10,041 bases of DNA from a bacterium. Its GTDB lineage: Bacteria; SAR324; NAC60-12. The notes under the pieces are model-generated. The model worked only from the letters and a program-made list of their open reading frames with translations, made no database searches and was not told where the DNA came from. Positions 1-9,038 of the stretch are shown in pieces. Made by a program: the position numbers and the translations under genes. The stretch lies in NCBI GenBank assembly GCA_965233585.1, contig CBDDTI010000620.1, forward strand, positions 1 to 10,041, read 5' to 3'. Positions within the stretch are counted from its first letter, which is position 1. The number at the start of each line of letters is the position of its first letter.

Positions 1-1066
1 TGTCCACTAAACGCAGAGTATGTAACAGTGCCCGACCTGGCCCGTTCGTCGCCCTCAGAAGTCGGTGGGAATACGCAGTTGTAATCTGACGGCTGAGAAA
101 GCTGACCGCAGGAAGATGCCGTAGATGTTTCCAGATGTCGTTTAACAGAAGAATCACAGTCTTGGGAGGTCACTGGTCCCGCTGATTCTTTTGACGTAGA
201 CATCCGGGCTTCTGCAAGTTCTCCTGGAAAAATATCCTTCCTACCAGGTGTGCTTGGCATCTCCAATTTCTTGGAGATGTCGCTTGTCAATGTTCTCCGT
301 TGTCGCATTGGCCTTCCGCTGTCCAAACTAGACTCAGCGTCTGAACACATCTGCATCAGAGCTGTTAGAGACGAACCGGTAGTGTTCCCTGGTCTAGGAG
401 TAACCGTCGACAGCATAGAATTAGCAGGAGTAGCTGTAGACACACTGCACGTTGCATGCGTGGCGTCTGTATGGGAATTTCCCCTTTGTGGATGAAGTGA
501 GGTTTTGCAGCTGATGGACGGCCTTGCAACAGGTTCAAAACAGGGTGAGGCAGTCGACCGTGTCGTCTGCTCGTCTGTGCTGCAGGACTGTTTTGCTTTC
601 CCGTCACTACCAGAGCTGGACGTTTCGTCATTCGGTTGTAGCGAAGGCAAATCTACTTGGTCAACAGCAACTTCATCAGCGGGCTCTGACTCAGTCATTA
701 TTTCTGAATTCAGGTTAGTTGAGGACACCGTTCTTTGCAGCCTCCTTGGGAGATATTTTTTCCTCCTGCTGACCGTAGCTTTCGCAACTTCGTCTGAATC
801 AGTGGAATTCTTCGAGGAATTCTTAGGGCTGTCTCCATACTTGAAGAGGCCGTCTAGTTGGCCATTGGAAGCGTATCTGAATGACATTTGCTCGTCAAAC
901 CCCCACATCCACTCCGTAGATTCTTCACACATTAAATGTGGGCCATTTTCGCTGGGTGTATTGGTGGACCGATGGTGCGGAGCTTCTGACGCAATTGACA
1001 AGCTCTCCTGATTGGTCCTTTCATTTTGAATCTTCTTATGTTCGTCCAAATCGTCTAGGCACAATC
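1..1066 (-). CDS. Large C-terminal exon E (>=354 codons, open to the window edge), Ser/Thr/Glu/Asp-rich, probably disordered: GLCLDDLDEHKKIQNERTNQES...RSGTVTYSAFSG
   Basis: Acceptor ttgttttattggaacatag|GA in phase 1. No stop codon from 1064 to 1, and GC content is higher than in the flanking intron. Confidence 0.9.
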
Positions 1067-4000
1067 CTATGTTCCAATAAAACAACAAAATAGGTTCTAA
1101 ATTCTCAAACCTCATGGTCACGCACAAGAAAAAAGAATACCAGTTTTGTAGCAGGCTTCATTATCAGTTAATGTAAAAAGTAAAGGTTGCAAATGGCTAA
1201 TTCGTTTTACAAATCATCATTCACCCTGAGTGAAGAGGAAAGGTTAAAATCGAAGGTTAGTAACCTTTATTTTATAGGCGTTATTTCCAAGGTTCCGTTT
1301 GCGTATATGTTTTCGTGAAGAATGAGAATACTTTTCAAAACCGCTCCGCGTCACGGGATTGGCGTTTCCTTGAACCTCCTGCGGTTCCTAAAACCGAAAG
1401 TGATCTAATTAAAAATAACTTGAATTACCTTGAGCAATTACCATGAAAAAAAGGTCAATATGAAGATTAGCTCTTTTACCCTTCATCCTCTCTCGTTGTC
1501 GCGTTTTTAACAATCCACCTCACAGCTTTTGATTTGAGTTTATGAGGTGATGGTCGATGAGGCCGCTTTAAGAAAATCGCACAGAGTGAATTGTCATTAG
1601 ACGTTTGCAGTTGTTTACCAGCGCTCACCCGTTTTTTCAATAACTTCAATTTTTCAAGTCAAATTAAGGTCAATTACCTTAATTTAGTCTTCTCAGTAAT
1701 TTAATCACCCATCACACATCTAAACGTTCGTCCACGAAAAACGAAAATCGCCTCATTTCGTAGACGACCGACAGCCATTGCACTATAATGGTTGATAGTG
1801 TGCGAGTGGCTCAGCCAATCAGATTGCAGCATTTGTACTAGTACACTAGTTCAATTGTACTAAACTGCATACAGTCAGCCCTCTTTATCAGTATGCGCCA
1901 CGTGTAATGATGTCATGTTTTATACCTGCTTGACTCGCTGAATTTTTATGTGTTCCATCCACTTCGTCGCAATTGAAGTTTTCTCCAGGTGAGTGTTCAT
2001 CGGCGAGCGCATTCGAAGAGGAGTCATTTTCCGCGTCTGGCTCGCCACTTTTGACAGAAGAGTCCTCCGTTCTTGAACAGTTTGATGGTAGACCATATTC
2101 TGGAGTTTTCCAATAATCACAAGCGGTCGTGGTTTCTATACGACGCCTATTGACGTTGAAACAAACGTTATCACAGTCTATATGACAGATACCTTTTATT
2201 TGCTTGAATCAACGTGATAGAACAGTCAAGGAAAAAAAAAATTGGATGTTGATTTCACTTCCCGTTGGGCCAGAAACCGCCATGAGTCCGCTGGCCGACA
2301 TAAAACATGTCAAACCGGGATGGTAGGGTGACACATTATATATGTCTGGATTTATGAAAATGGTGTTAAAGAACTGCACCCCACGCACCCTTATTTCACC
2401 TTGATTTCACTATACCTTTAGGCCTTTTCTCAAGCCAAGTCAGCAGGCAAAAATTAGAGAAAGGAGGGAAATGAAAGGAAGATAAACTGGTAGAGGAAGG
2501 AAAAAGAGACTGACTTTCCTTTTAATTTTCATATCGTCGATTTTGGAGATAGTTTCTGGCGAGAAAAAAAACGCCCGCTTAGGCCTCGATTTCAGTTCTT
2601 TAGCACCGTTTTCATAAATCCAGACATATATATTTCTGTAGATTTTTACAACTGTTTAAGAAATGATTGATCATCGCAGTTATGCACACAACTTAAGAAT
2701 TTGTGAAATTAAAGCCTGAAAAAAATCGGGTCTGAACGGAATTCGGACCCATGACCTCTGCGATACGTATACCTCTCCATCAAGGCTACTGGGGAGCTGA
2801 CGACTGCTTAAAGGGGCTAGGTCACGCTGGTTTAGGTAATTTTGTTTAAGGTGACTTAGAGTTTGATGAGTCATTATAACCACTCTATACTTGTTGACGC
2901 CAACATCATGGTATCAACAAACTGCCCAGTCATCAGGGAACAAGTTGCCGTTAATTCTGTGGCACAGTAGGTTACCATAGCAACAATATGACCTGTTAAC
3001 AACACCCTTAATTTTAGCTTTAGGCGCTTATAACTCAAAAACGAGCTCGGTGACCCCCATATTGTATTATGGAATTGTAATTAGCATGATAAGATGCAAC
3101 GTTTTGCAAAGTTTAAAAAAATTCTGCGAAGGGGGTTCAGAGCCACCTTACATTTTCAGAAAATTTATAAATTATATAAATATATATTTATATATTAATA
3201 AATATATAAATTATGAGTACCATGGTTATGCCAAGGCCTCTGTGTTTGGTTTGGTTTGGTGAGGCTGTGGCGTCCTCCTTTAGATCTCTCAAGAGTTTTT
3301 CACGACAGAAGACACGAGGCATACCTTATCGATAAGTAATTCCCATAAGAAATTTATACCATCTCAGTTAGTATTAATAGCTGGACCTGATAAATTCAGA
3401 CACCTACTCACCGTTTGGCCTTGCCATGCAGTCCGTCCCTTCTGAAAGCCTTTGCAAAAGGATTGGCTTCAATCTTTAACCGGGCGATCTTACAAAATAA
3501 GTCAAAGGACAAGGTCCATCACCCATTTTAAATTATTAAACAGTTTGACAGGTTTTTCAAGCCTGCCAAACTAGATATTACCACATTCTTGTTCATGGGA
3601 TCTTCTTGTTTGTCCACTTGTGTGATATTCCCTGTTTGCAATCACTCTCTAATTTTCAGTTTGATAATCACATTGTTAAGTAGACAGGTAACGGAAGAAA
3701 AGAAAATCAAATGATGTCAGAGACATGCCATCCAGTTTTCAAAGCTGGTTTCGACTTTGGGACCTAATAAAATCACAATATGGTCAACTCCCAAAAAGGT
3801 ATATCGGCCGAATAAGCCAATACAGTTTTGTTCTACTCAGGGACCAGTCATTATATATCACCGACGGGGGAGGGAGGGGGGAGGGGAGAAAAGTTGCGGA
3901 GGATTGGTTTGTTAGGATGACAGAAGGGAGGATCAGTCATAACTAAGAGCACATGAGGGGGGATCACTGAATGTCACATGCCCTTTCGGGCTTTGTCTAG

Positions 4001-6639
4001 TGTAAGGGTCCGGGTGCATAAGGAGAGTGCTGACGTCTGTTGAGAAAACGTTATAAAAAGCAGCGTTACAGCCGTCACGATCACGGCTGAGCTGACCAAT
4101 CATTTTCAACGTGCCAGATTGATAACAACATCCACTGATAAACACTATTCACTTAACTCTGAAGACACCGTAGATTTCCGAGCGTAACGGACCCCCGAAA
4201 ATAACCCCTCCCTAAAGTAACGTTGAATTTTAACCTCCCTAAAGAACCTCGAAAGTAAAGGCCAACCAGGAAGTAGAGCCGGGCTCTTTGACGATTGCCT
4301 GTCGACAATAATAAAATAATATCACTGTCAAATATATAAAAGATCACTGGACAATCCAGAAGTGCTCTAGAGGGCACATGGGTCCAAGGAGGAGGACTGG
4401 AGGTTCCTTGCTTTTATTATTAGTATTATCTATTTTTTGGTAGAAACAAGGCCTTTCACATACAAAGAAATCACTAAAGGAGAAACTCTCTGATCACTAA
4501 TTAAAGGAGAATTTGAAGGAAAAACTCTCTGACCTTATGTTGAATGCGGATGAATTCGCCTGGCTCATTATGACTGCAGGACTCAGTGAACATTGTGAAG
4601 AGTTATTTGTGATTTTATTTTATTTATTTTTGAAACTATGATTTATAAGCTGTATTTGTCAGGCAGCAGTTTTTAACCATCCAAAGGTAACGGCTACCCG
4701 AAAGTAGCGGCACTTTTTGCCTTTACGAAAAAAGATTGATCTAAGTTTAAAATCCGAAAGTAACGGGCCGTTACTTTCGGAATTCTACGGTCACTTCCGC
4801 TCAGGTTGTCGAAACGTCAGTCACCAACAACAGTTCTTTTCAGAACTAAGCACCCTGACTCATACTATAGCAGTTATAAGACGTTCTGTACCTGCTTATT
4901 CCTGTATTGTGAAACGGCCATGAACTCGGTCTCGGGGAAATAAAACTCCTTCCTCAAGTTGTAGTGAAAATTAATTCCATCAGCACTTTCAACCACTTGA
5001 ATACGAGGAATGTAACGACGCATTGTGTTCAACAGAATTGCCTAAGAGAAAAATGAGATTTATAACCAAAGCAGATAAATAATTTTACGCAACCTGCCCC
5101 GTGATTAGTTTCCCGGATGGAGTCACATCCGAGACTTGAATAGGTGTAACTATAAGCATTTGGTCATCAGGTTGTAGGCCTCTTTCCTGGAAGCTTCGGT
5201 GACGGGCAACTTTTTCTTTTCCCATCCACTTTACCCTTCCCATTTTTGGAGCATTATCGGTGGTACATTATATAATGCGTAGTGTCAAGTAAGGCGTGTT
5301 TGTCTTCACCTTTGCTGGGAAAAGGTACTCACTACCAGTTCTATTGTAATTTGAGTTTATCTTACAATAAACGGCTACTTGACTGAGTGGCCAAATTATG
5401 GGAAAGATTTGTGTGAGTTTCGTTCTCTTCCAAGTAAACCGAGTTTCGCCTTGACAATGCACATTATTAAATACAATCCTTGGTAACGGAGCAGCGGGCA
5501 TAAACAGACTTACTGGCTGAACAAGAGGAGGTAAGCCAAGTCATGGTTCAGGTTGTCGAGGCCCCTCTGTGCTCTGTCCGTGCAACAAAGGAAGCTTTAA
5601 TTTCCATTCGATGACAAATTCCGGTTTGAATTTCAGAGAATTTTGCACTGAAAGAATGGAACAGCATTATGCGGGATTTCCGGAAAAGAAACATGAACAT
5701 GTATACCAAAATTTACGGTAATTTCTTACCGGGAGTTTCCGTTTTCTTGAACCTCTTCCTGGAATTTCCTGGATTTTCGGTTGAATGGTTTACTTTTCAG
5801 AAATTTAACAATTTCCGATTTTGGGGAAACTTTCCCATGAAATTTTTGAACCATTTGTTCCAATTTCGAAGTTTTCAGAATTTTTGGCTGAAAATGACCG
5901 ATGTCAAATAGTTTATTGTCTGCTCGGAATATTTTTTTAAAATGAGCAAACGTTTGATCAGCTACACCATCTTTACTATTATCACATATCGCATCTTAAG
6001 CTGTCTGTTGTTATTTAAGCAATAGACCACAAGCTTCTATGGTTTATGCTGCGGCTCGTGATTTACGAATTCTTCTCGTGTTCTACCAACATCCCACGTG
6101 GTTTAGCAGCCTATAAACCATAGAAACCTGTGGTATATAGCTTTTATATAACAATTCAGAAGACGTGCTTTTTTTCTATGAGATTACTGGCACAATAAAC
6201 CAAAGCTGATTGACCAATCAGAGCGCGCGCATTGATTTGGTTATTATATAAATGCTCAATAATTTGTCATGCAACTTGTTGTAATTCCAATTAAACTGGA
6301 AAGCAGACTCACCAATGGTGGATTATAAACTACCTTAACCACATCTGATTGCTCACCTGGGTCGAGTTTGCCGCCGTTACCGGGCAGTTTGTTAATTTCA
6401 GCGTTTTGAAGGTGAGCGCGTTCTGCATGAGAGACGCCCCCGTCGCTGGCGTGCTCGGGTGAAAGTAAATTCTCGGCCAGTTTTCCTCGGGTAACATAGG
6501 AGAGCTTGCCTCCCAGCGATTATCGGTCCCATTGTAGCTGTATTTAAATGCATCCATCAAGACGAAGTCTACCATCACAGCGTAGAATCGTCTGGGCTTG
6601 AGGTCTTCAAACGCTATTGACATTAATGGGCACATACGC
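1..6639 (-). CDS. Spliced T-box transcription factor gene, partial: join(6639-6357, 5041-4892, 3488-3412, 2146-1926, 1066-<1); 5' exon(s) and stop codon outside the window
   Basis: Manual translation gives T-box motifs in canonical order across three exons (RRMCP...RIYFHP..P..G...KLTN | ILLNTMRRYIPR...FPETEFMAVSQYRN | IARLKIEANPFAKAFR), then a long S/T/E/D-rich tail. All introns are GT-AG with compatible phases (0, 0, 2, 1). Subfamily cannot be assigned by eye. Confidence 0.93.
1740..1863 (+). mobile_element. Truncated terminus of a dumbbell-type element (CCAAT-bearing end only)
   Basis: cagccaatcagattgcagcattt...ctagttcaattgtactaa resembles the non-hairpin end of element C read on the minus strand (agccaattaaaatgcaggattt...ctagttgggtgatactaa). 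No partner arm found; left boundary approximate. Confidence 0.55.
1926..2146 (-). CDS. Post-T-box exon D (221 nt): RRIETTTACDYWKTPEYGLPSNCSRTEDSSVKSGEPDAENDSSSNALADEHSPGENFNCDEVDGTHKNSASQA(G)
   Basis: Acceptor tttcaacgtcaatag|G, donor CAG|gtataa. Open in the phase-2 frame required by exon C and ends in the phase 1 required by exon E. Confidence 0.85.
2337..2632. mobile_element. MITE with 40-bp terminal inverted repeats ending in TA (Tc1/mariner-like)
   Basis: 2337-2376 tatatatgtctggatttatgaaaatggtgttaaagaactg vs 2593-2632 reverse complement: 38/40 identical. No ORF inside. Confidence 0.85.
2658..2800 (-). mobile_element. Degenerate tRNA-derived SINE-like repeat
   Basis: Minus strand reads ...tatcgcagaggtcatGGGTCCGAATTCCgttcagacccgatttttttcaggc..., with a B-box/T-arm-like motif at 2738-2750. 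The A-box/D-arm region is damaged, so this is not a functional tRNA. Confidence 0.65.
2808..3160. mobile_element. Two nested, truncated TTAA-flanked DNA-transposon fragments (Kolobok/piggyBac-like non-autonomous)
   Basis: ttaa-AGGGGCTAGGTCACGC at 2808, a second ttaa-GGTGACT at 2846, and an inverted agccacctta at 3141-3150. Family assignment is from recall of similar anthozoan repeats. Confidence 0.5.
3160..3214. repeat. AT-only low-complexity tract
   Basis: aaatttataaattatataaatatatatttatatattaataaatatataaattat. Confidence 0.85.
3412..3488 (-). CDS. T-box exon C (77 nt): IARLKIEANPFAKAFRRDGLHGKAK(R), C-terminal DNA-recognition helices
   Basis: Acceptor ttattttgtaag|ATC, donor CG|gtgagt, phase 0-2. 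Matches the consensus ITxLKIxxNPFAKGFR. Confidence 0.95.
3839..3975. mobile_element. Left-end fragment of a G-rich MITE-like repeat
   Basis: Begins agggaccagtcattatatatc followed by G-runs, similar to a recalled coral MITE terminus. No right TIR found. Confidence 0.4.
4095..4870 (+). mobile_element. Penelope-like/retrozyme-type repeat remnant with a minimal type I hammerhead ribozyme motif, split by the MITE at 4167-4791
   Basis: Removing the MITE joins taact-CTGAAGA (4159-4165) to tcacttccgctcaggttgtc-GAAA-cg-TC-agtca (4791-4823). This gives the CUGANGA/GAAA core, palindromic ACGT stem III, and stem I taact/agtca with 1 mismatch. Outer boundaries approximate. Confidence 0.7.
4167..4791. mobile_element. 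~625-bp MITE with 24-bp TIRs and repeated subterminal CCGAAAGTAACGG-like motifs
   Basis: accgtagatttccgagcgtaacgg (4167-4190) vs ccgttactttcggaattctacggt (4768-4791): 21/24 complementary. CCGTA termini are typical of TA-targeting Tc1/pogo-like MITEs, but the TSD is degenerate (CA/TC). Confidence 0.8.
4892..5041 (-). CDS. T-box exon B (150 nt): AILLNTMRRYIPRIQVVESADGINFHYNLRKEFYFPETEFMAVSQYRNKQ
   Basis: Acceptor catttttctcttag|GCA, donor CAG|gtacag, phase 0-0. Matches the T-box consensus ILNSMHKYQPR...FPETxFIAVTAYQN. Missed by the ORF track. Confidence 0.95.
5600..5900. mobile_element. Old degenerate MITE rich in TTTCC/GGAAA motifs
   Basis: Many ttcc/ggaa repeats and eroded inverted ends (tttccattcgatgacaaattccg ... 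cagaatttttggctgaa). Resembles a recalled abundant coral MITE; boundaries approximate. Confidence 0.55.
6012..6253 (+). mobile_element. Dumbbell-type element E: hairpin 6017-6143 (centre partly deleted) plus short inverted pair 6144-6154/6241-6251, CCAAT at 6214
   Basis: aagcaatagaccacaagcttctatggtttat (6017-6047) pairs with 6113-6143. ttatataacaa pairs with ttattatataa. Confidence 0.75.
6357..6639 (-). CDS. T-box exon A (283 nt): (R)RMCPLMSIAFEDLKPRRFYAVMVDFVLMDAFKYSYNGTDNRWEASSPMLPEENWPRIYFHPSTPATGASLMQNALTFKTLKLTNCPVTAANSTQ
   Basis: Acceptor ttgttttgcttcattatgtag|G at the conserved GR|RMFP phase-2 intron position; donor CAG|gtgagc. Matches ORF-track 6330..6683 apart from its intronic ends. 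Confidence 0.95.
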
Positions 6640-6843
6640 CTACATAATGAAGCAAAACAACTTTCACAAGATGGACGTTTCATGAATTAAAACTTATCGT
6701 TTGTGTCACGATAGAATCACTTTGGGGTGCTGCTCGATGGAATCTCTGAAGGCCAAGGAGCTTTTTATAGAGAGGTTGGTTCAGGTGAAAGAGGTGATTC
6801 AAAGAGTGAACATAGGAAGAGACAAAATCTAAAAAGCGTAATA

Positions 6844-7272
6844 ATATTAGTATGTGTAATCAAATGGTGACGAGTGAAATTAGGGAATAATTTCACGCGC
6901 GTTTTGTCAAAATTCTATTAATTTCCCGAGCCTTTAGGCGAGGGAAATTATCAGAATTTTGACAAAACGCAAGTGAGATTATTCCCTAATTTTACAAGTA
7001 CGCCATTTGATTACCTTGTAATATCATGGGTGACAAATTACGCTCACGATCGTGGGTTTTTGACTTGTTTCTTGTACCGAGAACTGTACGCATTGAAAAG
7101 TTTAAAGCCTGCATTTTGGCTTACTAGTAAGTTTACATGATTTTGATTTTTTTTTTTACATAAGCCCTTTGAAATTCTTCTTGCTGTTTACAAAATGTTT
7201 CAAAGTTGAGTCAAAGTTAACGCTGAAATTTCGCGCCAAAATTAAGGAGTAATTTGTCACCCATGATATTAG
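6844..7272 (+). mobile_element. Dumbbell-type element A: 159-nt hairpin 6856-7014 plus perfect 23-bp inverted pair 7019-7041/7249-7271, bounded by ATATTAG direct repeats
   Basis: Arms gtaatcaaatgg...ccatttgattac with centre ccc-GA-gcc-ttta-ggc-GA-ggg. Second pair taatatcatgggtgacaaattac / gtaatttgtcacccatgatatta. ATATTAG at 6844-6850 and 7266-7272. Confidence 0.88.
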
Positions 7273-7395
7273 GATCAAAATAAACCAGGCGGAGAGCTAA
7301 ATTAATGAATGACATGTTAAGAGCCTGGGGGAAACTTTCATAGAAAAAGAACATCGGTGCTCGTCGGAAAGATTTCTGAGGGCTCATTAACCGAT

Positions 7396-7455
7396 TGACG
7401 TGCGCTTTTGCCCGAGTTACTAAAGAGGTGGAATTTCACTTCCGGTTGCTTCCGT
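7396..7455. promoter_or_regulatory. Candidate cis-regulatory cluster: tandem ETS-like sites plus a CRE-like site
   Basis: CACTTCCGG (7437-7445), GCTTCCGT (7448-7455) and TGACGTG (7396-7402) in a CpG-containing patch. Motif match only. Confidence 0.25.
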
Positions 7456-7671
7456 CAGCCTGCGCGCTGAAATTCAATAACTTGCAAATTCGCTTACATT
7501 TTAGATGGTCTTTCTTTGTGTTTGACAAGATGCGAATTAAAAAAGTACAACCAAAGACAAAATAAGAGAAAAACAGAAAAACAAGAGCGAAAGAGAAAAC
7601 TAACTCCGCGCAGCTTTGTTTGATCTTAACGAAGTGCGCTGGTAGTGTAAACTGCGCACGAGCTGAAAGGG

Positions 7672-7992
<321 letters not shown>

Positions 7993-8402
7993 TCCAATAT
8001 ACATCAAGCGCCGCTGACCCCCCTTTTTTTACAAAAATCTTTTAATTACACAAAGAAGAAGAAACACGGAAATTAGAACAACTACTGTGGAGCAGATTTG
8101 ACTTAAATAATAAAAAAATGAAAATTTCAAAATTGGAAAATTTCCAGTCCCAATTTTTTGTTTTTTACAATTTCGCAAATGCATTCCACTTTTGTTGTTG
8201 AATATTTTTTTGCATTAAAAAAGTAGGGTCACCGGATGAGTTTTTGAGATACTTAGCTTCGTGGATAAGGAAATTTTAGCGCGCATTGTACGCGCAAATT
8301 AAAATCTCGACTTTAAAAGATCGTACTTTGCGCACGCGTATAGGCAGGCTGCTGCTAAGCAAAGCCCGCAATTCCACGCGAGTAAACGTGAATACCCGCG
8401 AC

Positions 8403-9038
<636 letters not shown>

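Noticed and set aside
250..1011. Plus-strand ORFs 250-495, 505-1011 and 524-718, and minus-strand ORF 365-631
   Set aside because: Antisense or alternative-frame shadows of the long open exon E; no recognisable domains.
1480..1565. Possible 86-nt exon (aag|CGG...GG|gtaaaa) between exons D and E
   Set aside because: In the required phase-1 frame it reaches TAA within 9 codons. Its open frame is phase 0-2 and does not fit.
1661..1685. 10-bp stem hairpin aaattaaggt-caatt-accttaattt
   Set aside because: Short and AT-rich with no associated element; bacterial-type terminators are not relevant here.
1920..2120. ORF-track 66-aa minus-strand ORF
   Set aside because: Wrong frame. It hits TAG right after the acceptor and is phase-incompatible with exons C and E, while the overlapping frame fits both.
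2658..2800. tRNA gene
   Set aside because: Only a B-box/T-arm-like piece is present; no complete cloverleaf.
4470..4532. Short direct repeats (aaggagaaactctctga) resembling a repeat-spacer array
   Set aside because: Only two imperfect copies inside a MITE; local slippage duplication, not CRISPR.
5141..5150. T-box half-site-like AGGTGTAA (autoregulation)
   Set aside because: A single imperfect 8-mer is expected by chance in 10 kb.
6690..6830. Peptide ...LQRFHRAAPQSDSIVTQT... vaguely like the T-box N-terminus
   Set aside because: Spacing is off by two residues, W/E/M/GR are missing, and there is no phase-2 donor.
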